DNA from: Lingula anatina
Taxonomy: Eukaryota; Animalia; Brachiopoda
Direction: 5' to 3'
Assembly: GCA_051362555.1 (NCBI GenBank)
Contig: CM120647.1
Span: 16,282,651-16,346,650 of the forward strand
Length of the DNA: 64,000 nt
Shown: in pieces, positions 12,265 to 25,335 of the stretch
Position numbering within the stretch: the first letter of the stretch is position 1
How the letters are laid out: each line of letters opens with the position of its first letter
Program-made: the position numbers and the translations under genes
The notes under the pieces: model-generated
Databases searched by the model: none
What the model was told of the DNA's origin: nothing
What the model saw: only the letters and a program-made list of their open reading frames with translations

Positions 12265-13440
12265 AAAGTTGAAAACACCAGTATTGTTACTGATTTTTTT
12301 ACGAAGGGGTACCAAAGGTCAAGACGTAGCGGGGGTAAAGAAATCAGGTAGACTGATTATGATATTTGATTAACGCAAAGACAATTGACCGTTACAACTA
12401 CGCAAATTTCACTGAAACGCAGTAAAAAGTGGATATGGCTCCCAACGCCTCACGCGTTCGCCTTTGAAGCAAGTCTACAATGTTTAGTTAAAAATTACTG
12501 GAAACTCATTTTATCTATTTAATGCCAATTATCTTTTTTGGCCAATGAAAAACGAAAAACAATAAATAAATAAATAAATAAATAGATAAATAAATAAATA
12601 AATAAAAGTTGAAAAATCGAGTACTGTGACTGATTTCCTACGAAGGAGCCCGAAGGTTAGGCCATGGTGTAATCATATTGATTACCCCTGGAGGTAAAGA
12701 CCCCGGGGAGTCTCATTTCGATTGATTACAATATTTGATTAACGCATATGTAAAGACACTTGACCGTTACAATTACGCCAATTCCATTGAAACGCAGTAA
12801 AAAGTGGGTGTGGCTCTCGACACCTCACGCGTTCGCCGCTGAAGCAAGTCCACAATGTTCAGTTACGAGATGACAATGTGCCTTTCCCAGGGTGATCACT
12901 TGATAATTAATCTCAATGCATAACAACACAGACTAATAATGCCGTAATTGCGTAAATTGTACCACGGTACAGAAAAAGGGGCGTGGTCCTTGTCACCTCC
13001 CTTGTTGAGTTTTGCAAAGAACACATATTCCAGGGGTAGGGGGTAGCAAAATGATATCTAAGAAGCGTTTGATACGTAATTAAACATTATTCACGCCAAC
13101 AAAGTTTTACTGCTGTGATTGCATCAACTTCATCAAAAACAGAAGAAGTGGGCGTGGAAGAGGTGGCCTCCCGGGTTTTGCCTTTGATACGAGTCCACAA
13201 TACTGGGTTTAGAAATAACAATACCGCTTTCCCAGGGTGTGTACTGCATGATTAATATCATGTAACAAAAACACAGGCTAATGTTACAATTACGTCAATG
13301 TCACAAACAAATGGCAAAACATGGGCGTGGTATTTGTCACCTCCCGTGCGCGCCTTTGTAGGACGTTCAAAACATTCAGCCCAAAAGTTACAAAAAACGT
13401 GGTAAGAGCCCTTAGAATCTTGTCATTCACTTGATTAATT
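12265..13440. repeat. Degenerate ~172-bp tandem repeat region, probably a decayed satellite or HINE core
   Basis: GGGCGTGG/GGGTGTGG-anchored units at ~12802, 12975, 13146, 13320; block ~12265-12490 re-occurs at ~12605-12870. Confidence 0.6.
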
Positions 13441-14630
13441 TTATGCAATTAATCCAATTTAGAATAAAATTAATTTTCTCTCCTAAGTCGTCTTTCAATG
13501 AAGGAGACGCAAGCCTCTACCCTCGACCGCACTCCCCCCCCCCCCCCGCTCCTCCCAAATCTCATCTCCTCCTATTTTATGTTCCTAACAGTGTTGAAGC
13601 ACTGAATTAAATGGATAAAGCAAATTACTCTCAAGAATCGTCTGTATATCAAACAATTTTCATCGAGAGAGAGAGAGAGAGAATTAGAGAGAGAGGCAGC
13701 CGCAGTAAGCAGTCGCGTATTACCGAGTTTGGCGTCTATTTTTATAATCCTTTGTTCACTTTATGAAAAAAATATGTCACTCAATACCTGCTTTTTAATG
13801 CGATTTCGAGTGTCGCCACTTTTGCCGCCTCAGTAACATGCAATCAATATGACAAACACGTCAGAATCTGATCCCGAGTAGACTTGGTGCATTTTTTTTT
13901 TCGCGATTTTTACCACTCCTACAACTGAAATGTTAGGAAGGGTTCAATAAGGGCGTTTCTTCTCCTTACAACGAAAAACATTTCTGGCAATCTCGGGAGG
14001 ATATTACTGAAAATGATTTTATCTGTATTTAATAAAAGAATAATATTTCTTAAAACCTCGCTAAAGATTTTCCAAAACCATACACTGGTTTGAACGATAA
14101 AATAAACAATAGCTATTTGTTTTGGTAAGACTCTTATGAAAAAAATTAAAAGGATTTTCAGTACTTGCAAAGAGACAAAAAAAAAATATATATATATATA
14201 TTTCGGTTATTTGAGCTGTGGCAATGATTCAAGTCATATCATATTGTTTTACTGTAGGACTATTATAATATTGTCATAATTATATCTGGAGGATATAGCA
14301 CATAAAAAGGGAGTGATTGGTTGGGTGGGGAAACTAACTGGAACCGCTCACGTGGGTCCATTTTGTGATATTTTAACATTTTATTCATTTTATTTTGAAA
14401 ACAAACTTCAAGGTTCTGTTAGATATGAGTCTCTCAGGACGGGTCAAAATGAAATCAATACGCAGAGTGAAGCGTGAAGTTCACCACGAGTTCGTGTCCA
14501 ATATTGCGCTCGATGTGGTCGCTCCTTTTTATTATTGTAATAACCCTGGACTTATAAAGTGAAAAATAAATGCTGATTTTGTCGAAAACACTGGGATCGT
14601 TTTTTTTTTATTCAACAAAATTAGGAATAG

Positions 14631-14631
14631 G

Positions 14632-14682
<51 letters not shown>
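14631..14682. repeat. (CT)n microsatellite
   Basis: direct reading. Confidence 0.9.
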
Positions 14683-15059
14683 GATTACTTGTAAACAGTT
14701 TGTCCTCAGATGGCTTTATTTACAGATCAAGTCAGTGAAAATTAAATTCATAGACTGAATTCTGTTTTCTAGCACTCCCTTTCCTGCGATTGACATAACC
14801 ACTGTCTTCTTATTTAACCACTGAAAAACTATTTCTCTAAAATTCTACATTCTTTGTTTCCGGACTGCTGTCCTAGAAGAAAATGCCCTTTTAAAAGCTT
14901 CATTCTCCCCCCGCCCCCAGTCTCCCGATTTCCCGACCGTGTTAAATTTAACATCTAAATGAAACTCAGCATGACATTTAAAAAACAATGTAATTGATTT
15001 TTTTTTTTTTACTGCACTCCGCTATACTTTATCCCAACACCCCTATCAATGAAACAACC

Positions 15060-15790
15060 CGGTTCAACCCAACCTCCCCGAACCGGACCAGTCCAAGTGA
15101 GCCGGAGGGGTCATGACCCCGTCTGAACAAGTAAATGTATCAAAAGAATGTCGCAGGCTGAGGCGACGGACAAACCTCTCTCGACCTCCCTGCAGTGAAA
15201 CACGGATACCCGCAAGATACAGCCGCAAAGGAGGATGCTGTTTAAATAACTGGAAACTACACATTAAGTTAAACAGGTGAGCAAACTGGCAAACTGGACC
15301 TTGAGGGCTTGAGCCTCTAGTTAAGATCGCCAATTAACACTTAACTGCAAGGTATAGCCTACGTAGTAAACTTGACTTACCGACTTCTATGCTCTTTTGA
15401 GCATAATTAATTAGTCGGCTATGTGGTTTTATTACTACAGACTCGGGCAGGGTCTTTTGAGTGCAGTGGTTCGTGAGACAGAAGTAGCGTGCATTTCGTT
15501 CTTTTATACCATATTCCTGTCGGGATTAACTTACCTCCCAAACCGCCTCAGTTAAGCTTCGTTTGGACAGTCAGCGTTTCAACAACTTGCGGTTTTTGTA
15601 GACTATAGTTGAAGCCAACCAGTGTATAACGATACTTTATAGTTAAACTATACAGTTACTTAACATGTAGAATCTTACGAGAAGTTATTTACACTGACGT
15701 TTCCGCTAGCAGGATCCGGAGTCAATGCTTGCCGGATACTCCTGGATCCGGTTAATTGTTTCGGTCGGTTGAGTTGCCATTCAAGTAAGA
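15060..15790 (+). promoter_or_regulatory. Candidate promoter / first non-coding exon of the Sulf gene
   Basis: CpG-retaining segment ending at donor-like CAA|gtaaga (~15785); the sequence downstream is visibly CpG-poor (judged by eye). Inference only. Confidence 0.35.
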
Positions 15791-18671
15791 CGGTAGTAGA
15801 TCGGGTAGAACTTTATAGTGAGTGTACACACTTTCTAAATGGGTTGACACAAGGATGAATGTTTTATTGACTTCGCAGTTGCCTCTGAAATAGATATATA
15901 ATATATGGGATAGGCCCTGTTGTAGTAGTATTTCCAAATTGTTAAAGAGGAAGAGAGAGAAAGAGAAAGAGAGTGGAAATGGGGGGGGGGGGGGGGGGGG
16001 TAACTATACTTAAAGCAGGCCTTCCATGAATCTGCAAGCATTTGGTTTGCTAAGTCAAACTCTGGTACTTTTAGTTACATTTTTTCTGATGCCCATTTTG
16101 AGCCAGCACTAAAAGAAGAAGAAGAAGGGGAAAAAAAGAAAAAATAGTTACAGCAGTTGTAGAGTAAATGTTATTTATATTAACATGCGTCAGGATATAA
16201 CACATACATTGTGCAACTGTGAAAGCCAAATCTAAACTATTTGACTGCAGGTTATCACTGTGCACTTTTAGCATGATTCACCTATGAGCTAATTGGGTGC
16301 AGCTGCATGAGGTAATGCAGTCTATTATCCCGTGTTTAAAAATACGAACAGAGCTATTTTTCCTCATTTAAAAGTATCTTTCTTGAAGCATTGCATGGGT
16401 ACGCACCTGCGAGAGGTAGTGCTGTCTGTTTTCTTGTTATTTCAAAAATCATTCAGGTAAGCTTGTTTGAAGCCAGAAAAAGAACTGGATAAAAAAAAAA
16501 AATACAAGTGGAGAAGTTAATGGAGATGGGACTGAATTGTCTTCTTGTGCTAAGCTAAATGTAATCAAAGGACCCACTGAGGTGAGGTTTAATAAGTTAG
16601 GCAGATCTGTTTCCACTGGAAACACACCTCAACTCATCTCATAGAAGCTCGGCAATAATGTTAGACAATATATACTTGCTGGAATCATAGAAGTGTATCT
16701 TGGGTATATATTTCCATGCAGGAATACCTCTGCCACTGAACTAAGTGTGGCCATTTCATCTTCTAAGGAAACATGCCTTAACTGGCCCCTGTATTAAGCT
16801 AGCAATAAAACACCATGTCAGACAATACTAACACTGGAATTCCACTGTCACCAGAGCAACCCAAAAAGGGAGGGGTGAGAGAAAATGCAAACAAATATTT
16901 GCCAAACTTGCCAAACTCCATTCCAATCATCTAGCAACTTGAGCGTTATTGGAGTTTTTTTTTCTCGTATTATGAGGTTGTACAATCCTGCTCTCTATTT
17001 AGGCTGAGCTTAGATTATCAGGTTTTCATGACTTTGGATTATAGTGCTGTAAATACTTGCTATCAATGGTTTGTTGCAAAGGAAGGGGCACTTTTTTTAC
17101 CCTGTGTTTGGGCTTAGGCATATACTTTAGGATCTAAAGATGATGCACAAAGCAGGGGCGGATCCAGAGATATTTTCTGACAGTCTTCCAAGTCATTTTT
17201 GTTGATCCATCCTCCATTTTTGACCGTCTTCCGACAGAAAAAATTAGATAGCTGTCAGTGTAAACTTTATAATATGACCATCTTCTGGAAGACCCAGGAG
17301 AAGGTTTCATCCCCCCCTGCAAAGTGGGGATTAACAGATGGAATAGTATATCCAAGTCAAAGGACTTGTCACGAATGAAACTGTCATTCTGTGTAGATTG
17401 ATCTAACTCTGCAGGGACTCTTGCTGAATGCAATCAGATTAACTTTCTACCTGCTTGAGCACTGTCAGTCAGAATTGAATTATTAGCATTGTAGGAAACT
17501 GGGAAGGAGTCCAGAAAAAAATTTGTCTTCTTTCTGTTTTAAAACTCAGTTTTGCACTTGGAGACCAAGTAAACCACATAACTTTTATCTTAGCTATTTG
17601 GCTAAAAAGTTTGGCATACAAGCATATTAAAGAGTGATTTGTCTCAACAGTTGAAATTTGTCGAGTTGAACAGATTGTTAAGTGAGGTTGAGTAAGACCT
17701 TTTAGACACCCCAAACCCATTACTTGCTGGATGATGGGAGCCCCCAGCTGGGAAGTTAGAGAGCTAGACTAACAGGAAGACAGTAAGTCAGTCAGACAGA
17801 CAGTCAGTCAGATAGATATCCAGACAAACAGATAGATATGCAGCCAAACAGATAAATATCCGGCCAAACAGAAAAAAAGGGACAGATAGACAAATGGGTG
17901 GAAAAACTCATGAATACAGTTACAGATTGAAGACCATTTACAAATTGTCTTCTGTCCTTGTACTGAACAAATTATGATTTTACAATTGCAGACAGGTGTT
18001 AAGGTAGACATTGAAGAAAGATGAAAGACTTAATTTTTTTCCTTTTCAATGAACAAGTATCTGATGTAAGAGACAGAAAGAGAATATCTCATATGCTGTT
18101 ATTATCTACCATACTATAACATGAGCAGAATTTTCAAGCAGCCATGAAAACAATTCTGGATCATACTGCAGGGCAAATACCTACTGATATGTGAAACTGT
18201 ATTTCAGCAAATGCTAGGGCTAAAATTACAAGAACAGAAACCTTGGCCACCTGAGAGCAAAGAGTGATGCATAAAATTAGAGGGCAAATAATCTAAATTC
18301 ACAAACCATTTGCTGTTTTCATCAGAGTGCACCTGATATTGACAGTGAACTGGAAACTACAGTAATCATGACTTGCCCATTTCAATGGGTAAAATCATGT
18401 ATTTTATGAACACTGTATTTTAAAGCATAAATTCTTAGAATTCAAACATTCCAATTGAGTGGTAGCAACTGCAACAATTGAAAAGCAGGCTACCCTATTG
18501 TTTTATTCTGTACAATAAAATCAACACAGGTGCCATATATAGACATAAGATTTTAAATGATTAAAAAAATATCTATCTGGATATAATTTTCCCCACTGAA
18601 AAGATGGAGTCTTTACCATAATATCTTCTACCAGCATACCTCTGCAACTCTCAGTTCATTTAGAAACCCAG

Positions 18672-19338
18672 GGGCCGGTTTCACAAAGCAGTAGTTAGTT
18701 AGAACAACTAACTACTGAACTACCTCGCTAACGAGCAAACTTAACGATTTTCGAGGGGTGTTTCACGAAGCAGTAGTTAACTTATCGGTAAGTTCAGTCG
18801 TAAAGTTCGGTCGTTAGTTCTCTCGTTACTCACCTTAGTCTCGAAACCGTCTGCCAGAAGTGGAACTCTTGCGTAAAAGTGTCACGAAAGCACTAACTCT
18901 CCAATTTTTGGTGGCTGGAAATGCATAAGAACGTCTACTTTGAGGTCGTCGTAAAGGATCTCCACCACCTTTTTGTCGCTCTTTTTGTCACAGCTAGGCG
19001 CAACCTCTCGTAAATTGCATCATCGTATGTATATTATAATAGATTCTGCCTTTCATGAAAACGACGTAGTCTACGTTGCCGTCTGGCGATACGGATAGCA
19101 AGAAAGGTAGCCGCCATATTGGATACAAAGACAAACGACAGACAACGGTAACTAAGCAACCTTTTTATTTCACTCATTACGCATGCGTACGATGAAACTT
19201 TAGAGTTAGCGACTGGTCTGACCAGTCGTTGAATATCCATGGTAACAACGAGACAATAACGAGCGAGAGAACTAGCGACTGCTTCGTGAAACGGCACTAG
19301 CGAGAGGCTAACTAACTACTGCTTTGTGAAACCGGCCC
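18672..19338 (-). mobile_element. Non-autonomous Harbinger DNA transposon, 667 bp, with transposase N-terminal relic
   Basis: 31-bp perfect TIR GGGCCGGTTTCACAAAGCAGTAGTTAGTTAG; CAG TSD (18669-18671, 19339-19341); minus strand MAATFLAIRIARRQRRLRRFHERQNLL*YTYDDAIYERLRL. Confidence 0.85.
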
Positions 19339-19550
19339 CAGGGTGCTCAAGAGTCTGAGGATGCATTCAGACTCACATCGTAGTAGCTAGGCCGTTCCAG
19401 CTCTTTGGGGGATTCTTGCTAAAGTGCAATCAGTGGAATCAGCTTGTCTGTCACACCTGGTCAAACAGCTAGGGGGTAATAAACTATGGAGAGCTGATTT
19501 AGCCGATTCCAGCTACGTAGTATGATGTGTGAATCTGAATATGTGTCTTA

Positions 19551-19784
19551 GGGACCATTCCCATAGATATTTGGATCGATCTGTCTCCCTGGGAAGTCAC
19601 TAAATTGCTATCAAACTAACTGGATTAAATGTCTGTCATGCCTAGTAAAACTGTTAGGGGGTAATTACTAGCTGATTCGGTGAAATGACAGACATTAAGC
19701 CTCTTGAGGTGATAGCAATTTAGCGTGACCTCCCAGGGAGTTAGGTCGATCCAGATGGATCGATCTAAGTATGGGAACCCAGTC
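19551..19784. mobile_element. Degenerate Tourist-like MITE (family also at 24746-24960)
   Basis: Imperfect TIRs (TTCCCATA / TATGGGAA), internal inverted arms, TTA on both flanks; CAGGGAGTTAGGTCGATC shared with the second copy. Confidence 0.6.
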
Positions 19785-20886
19785 TTATGGGTTGTGGCTG
19801 GGAGGGCAAAATATTGATGCATGTTACAATGAGATGAACAACTGTTGACCATGAAAAACAGTCGCCAAGCTATCAGGAAAAGTTTTATTCTGGAACTTTT
19901 TCCTTATTTACTGTGGTGTAGTCTCCTGAGTGAATATCATTTATGGACAATCACCAGATATGAAACTCGATAACAAAAAATGTTTTTTAAATCCCTGTAA
20001 TATGGTTATTATGAATCAATCAAGACTGTATTTGTAATCATAAGATAGATCAGAGCTTGGGCAATTAGGCAGTAATAGATGGGATTTATTTGAAATTAGT
20101 AAAACAAATTTCAGCAAATACTACAGGGTAGACAGGGTAATCAAAAATTCAATAATTATGGAAACGAGAAAAAATTGGCAAGATGCTAATGAAAAATTAC
20201 TTGAGAAGCGACAAGATAGTTTGAATTGGGCATTATCTCTCTTTCTAGATGCACAAAAAAGCTAAAATATTATACAGATGGGAAGATAGCATGAAATGAC
20301 CTTTTGTGCAAAAATTATTTAAGCTGGTTAAGATAGAAAAACGTGTGTCATAGGAATGTGGTAAAAATTATGAGTCAACCACAGATAATCAATAAAATTT
20401 GGAGAAAATATGGCCTCTTCATGAAAGGTCAACATACATGATGGGGGGGCAGACGAAAAATTGGAAAAATTAACAAATTCAAGTCCCGAGGCAGCTAGAA
20501 AAAAGTTCACCAGAGGAGTTGTTTTCGACGTTTAAGTCAGTACATGTAATGTAGAACAGGTAAAATTTGAGAAATTTAGTCCTTGTTTTCAGCGTTTTAG
20601 CTTCTCTTTATAATGGAGAACATACAGAATCTTCGAAATTTAGAAATACAGTGATTGATTCAATCTTGGGAAATAAAACACACGATCCCACCCAAACCGT
20701 AAACAAAGATGCATAAAAGGCAAGGGAAATCAGTACATTGTGCTTGACTTTAATTCAATAATTTCTGAAAGTTTACCATGTTTCTCCTGTTATAAAAATG
20801 GACTTTTTTTCATTTAATAATTGGACCATCATCAAATTATCTGATATTAAAGCTCACAAAAGATTTAGACTTAAAGTTTTAGCCCT

Positions 20887-20917
<31 letters not shown>

Positions 20918-23900
20918 GGCTATAGCACATTTGTGAAACAGGCCATGGATTGGTGTACAATTTACCACCAGAGAGCCAGACAAGCCTAAGAGATCACTGG
21001 AATGGCAGAGGTGGACATAATTCAATGAGATGAGATTTTAACCTTTAAAGGTTAATTGCTTCTTGAGTCTGTTACTTATATTATGTCCTTAAATCTGGGA
21101 TTTTTTGCCAAAAAAAGTCTAAAAATGGAGATTGGTGTGATGGATTACACTTTGCAGATGGGTTTGAACTGAGTAATGACATTTTTTAGCCATCATAACG
21201 TGATTAGAGCCAGTTTGTCACATTGATTTTCAGGCTTGTACCAGGGACATAGTTTCTCAAAAAAAAAAAAAAAAAAAAGGAATAAGAACAAAAAGAATAA
21301 TGACTTTGAAGATTGACAGACTTTTCTAATCCTACAGTTCAGGTCTGATATTGGCCATATTTTTGAATTTTCTTTTTTCAACTTTTCCAAGCCAATCTCA
21401 ATAGGTGGACACTTATCAGACAAGGGGACACATAAATGACAACTTGAAAGGGAAGAAGCTGTCATGCGTCATATTTGAAACTCAGGCCAACATTGTCTGG
21501 GCACAACCCTCCTTCTCTGCAGCCAACTCATTAAAAATGGGGGAAATAATGAACAGTCAGTGTCCAGAGGACTGCCCTGACCACAGCACTGTTGGTCACT
21601 GTGTATGGTCCACGGCGACCACCCTTAGTTTCAAAGGTCTTCAGAGAATGCTCTCTGTTTTCAGCCTACCTGCCTGTCATTTCTCCAGTTAATGGCAGTG
21701 GCAGAGGTATAGTGGTAAAAGAGGTATGTTTGCACTCTGAAACTCGGGGGGGGGGGTTCACTGTGACATGGGACTCTTCAGAGCTGCCACTCTCTCCTAC
21801 CCCCCCCCCCACAGCACCCCCTCGCCCGTCCTCCCTTCTCACATGCATATGTACAAGCACACACACAGAATATAGTACACAAACATGTGCACAGACACAC
21901 ATGCACAAACACACACTCAAACATACAACCAAATTAAGTATACATGCACACATTATAAAACCAAGCACATTAAGTCTTGGTGGTCTATCCATGTCCAGTG
22001 GTATGTCCAGCCCATTGTTCACTGCCCAGTGGTCTATGACAAGGGTCCCTCCCCCCTCCTTTACCTGTGATGTCACACATAGTTCTGTACTGGTTATACC
22101 TCACTGTCACCCTGAGGATCAGGGGTCACCGGAATTCCACTCTGTTATCAGCGTACTGGAACCAGGCAAGTAGCGGGGGAGGGGGGGGGGGGAAACCACT
22201 TTTTTTGCCAGGAAAAGGTTCGGTCTGGGTAAAATATGAATGAAGTACATGGAAGGTTTAGTAGTAAAATGTGCCCTTTTTCAGAAAAAAACTTTGAAGT
22301 TGCTGGGAACATAAAATAACAGAGTTGTATTGATGATAGATTGTCAGTAGTCTGTGGAACTCGGGGTAGACAGAGTATATGCATGTATATATGTATGCTG
22401 AGGCATGTTATGTGTGAAGGCATTAGAGAAATCCTTTTAACTGAAGGAGCGAGGGCTGTGGATGTTTTACTGAGTGAACTTTTGGAAGAATTGTTACTCA
22501 TTGAACCTTTGGAATAAGAAGAATTTGACAGCCAGGGAAAATCCCTAGGACAAAAAAAATAATAATTAGGAAAATTAAACGAAGAATAAAGAGAGCAAAA
22601 AAAAAAATAATAAATAAATAAATGTATTTCGATTGATTGATTGATGGTCATAATGAATAAGCAAACAGTTTTGTAAGGATACTGTATTTTTTCTGTTTTA
22701 CAAAAGGTAAAAAATGGCTCATGGTTATTGACCAATAAATACTTTATTTTATTCATACATCTTAAACAGGCCAAAATTTTTGCTTCAAACTTAAGGCCCA
22801 ACTTCTTGGCTTGAATTTTTATATTGTGTGCACCAGCTCCTGCAGTAGCACAAATGTTGTAGTTTAGTTTTGTGATGTCCTCGGGAAAGCTGAAGTGAAC
22901 AAACCTCTCATTAGTGTCAACTTCAATTTTGGTCAAAATACCTTTTACACAGCTTTTTAAACTGTCTTCGTTAAGTACAACCCTGAGTTTCCCGGGTTAC
23001 TGGAACCTTGCCACTGTTGTCAACTGTTCAGGCTTGTTATTTATAGAGAGGTGTGTTTCCAGATATCTCTACAACTCAGGGTGCAGAGCCTGGCTAACTT
23101 GTCATTTTTATTTGACTTAAATCAAAAGTAACAGCCAAAATTTCCCCCCAATTGGTGGATCTTTGCCAGGGTTTTAGAAGGCTTCTATTGCTTCTCGTTT
23201 TTCATCTGTTTCCGACCCTCAGGTGTGATTTTGGTCCAGTGCTTCATTCCTGATAGTTATCCAACTTTTAACATTTAATTTACCCCCCCCCCAAAAAAAA
23301 AAAAAAAAAAAATAATAATAATAAAATGATAACAAAAAGGAAAAAAATTTTATCTAACATTAAATTAAATTTCAAGGGTTTCGTTTTCCAAAACCTGCTG
23401 TTTTAGTACCTTCTTTTTATGCTGTTTCACCATTTCCTGCGCACAGGGAAATGCAGTCAAGGACACTGTTAAAGTCATCACATATTGATGAATTTGTGAA
23501 ATCAGCCATTACCCAAGGTTACATTTCCGCCTTTTTCCTCATTTTGAGGTCATTTTCTTTAGCAGTATCTGGCAATTTTTCATGATTTTCATGACTTTTA
23601 AGAAGAATGTTTTTCAGCACTGATGAATACTAGTACAGAACTTGTGTATTGGAAAAGCTGTGTTTTTCAAACTGAGAGCATTCGTTTTCCCAGTACCTCA
23701 GAGTGCAGCAGCATTCCCATCATAAAAGTAACCATTTTTGACATTTTTATCAAAAGCAATGGGCAATTTTGCAAGATAAACATCCCCCCATCACTTTATC
23801 TGTCATTTTTTGGGGTTCATTGCCCGAAACAAAACATATGAAGAAAACATTTCTTCCATTTTTTTAGAGCTAATATGCTCATCTCCTGCTGTTTGGTGAA

Positions 23901-24492
23901 CTGGTTGTCTGCTTTCAATGATTGGTACGTCTGCCCAGACGCCACGCTAAACAGAGGGGTATTCATTTTTTTTAATCAGAGAAGATTTGGTGAACATGGT
24001 GCACTTTTAAGAAAAAATGGAAATGTTATTTTTGAGAGAAAGAGAGAGAGAGAGAGAGAGTTAAATAACAGTTACCAGATGGAACCATGAGGCCAATATC
24101 CAATATCAGAAATTATTTGTGTGTTCGATCAACAGTATTTTGATACCAATAAAAGAAACTCAATACATTTTTTTGACAAATTCTTGAAACTGTACAGAAA
24201 TTGTCAGAGAACTTTGACAGCTGGAATATTAGAGATTAGACATTAAATTCAAAAACATATATCTTGACATGAAGCTGCAGGAAGCTTGGGCAGCCATTTA
24301 CTAGTACCCTGAGTTTCCCAATAAAATGTCTGAAACTTGGGGTGATCATTAGTGCATGAGGAAATTAAAGTGAGTAAAGGCTAGTTTCCAATAAACTTTG
24401 GTCCCCTTCCCATAGACACCACTGGTCTATGTAGATCACTCCAGCTCCGCAGGGGCTAACTGCAGAAACTGAATGCAATCAGTTATAGCCCT

Positions 24493-24620
24493 ACGTACCC
24501 AACTACTCGGCTCAGACCACGAATGATCCCGAATTCACCGTTTTCAAGGTGTGCGTCAGTACGCATTTAACAGTATCATACCCCAGAACAAATTTTGAGA
24601 TGAGATGCCGTACTAGTTTC
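24493..24620 (+). mobile_element. Truncated left part of the MITE family at 28890-29207
   Basis: Shares CAGTATCATACCCCAGAACAAATTTTGAGATGAGATGC and upstream sequence with 28900-29030. Confidence 0.75.
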
Positions 24621-24626
24621 CTTTAA

Positions 24627-25051
24627 GGGCCTGTTCAGAACCAAGTTGATCCGCGGACTAACTAAGCCGCAGATCAAATATGGCAGGACCCACTTGAAAG
24701 CATGCCAAGATTTAATTGCTTTGCCTCAGCAGGGTTGGTGTGTATGGCTCTATTCTCATAGATTTTAGATCGATCTATCCCCGTGGGGAGTCTCACTAGA
24801 TTACTTTCAGATAATCCGACTTAAATGTCCGTCCCGCCTACTACAAGCTGTAAGAGGGTAATTAACTTTCGAGTCCGCCCGGCTGACAGCTATTTAGCGT
24901 GAGCCCCCAGGGAGTTAGGTCGATCTAAAGTAGGTCGATCTAATCTATGGAAATGGGGTGTATGGGAGGCAGGGAATCAGCTGTCAAGTGTGCACCATAT
25001 TTGATCCATGGATCAGTTAGTCAGCAGATCAACTTGGTTCTGAACAGGTCC
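24627..25051. mobile_element. Harbinger-like MITE containing a nested MITE (24746-24960)
   Basis: TIR GGGCCTGTTCAGAACCAAGTTGATC / GATCAACTTGGTTCTGAACAGGTCC; imperfect inverted similarity extends ~55 bp; left flank TAA, right TSD not preserved. Confidence 0.75.
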
Positions 25052-25276
25052 AATCTATGATACTTGGGTGATCACTGGGGTTATATAGAAGGTCATGGTG
25101 TATGGATTATGAATCACCATACGTGGAGACAGCCAGTGCATTCTGTTTTATCCTGATAGTTGTAGAAACTGATAACTTATTAAGGGTCAAGTACTGGGTT
25201 TTAAAGACTAGTTGATGACTCATATTTTACAAGTAATATGTTATATAGTGTTAAGCACTGTTTGTGAGAATGACAC

Positions 25277-25287
25277 GTGTGTGTGTA

Positions 25288-25330
<43 letters not shown>
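25277..25330. repeat. (GT)n(GA)n microsatellite
   Basis: direct reading. Confidence 0.95.

Positions 25331-25335
<5 letters not shown>

Noticed and set aside
21592-22936. Long ORFs of 193 aa and 262 aa
   Set aside because: Low-complexity, run through poly-G/C and (CA)-rich tracts, non-ATG starts, no recognisable domain or exon structure
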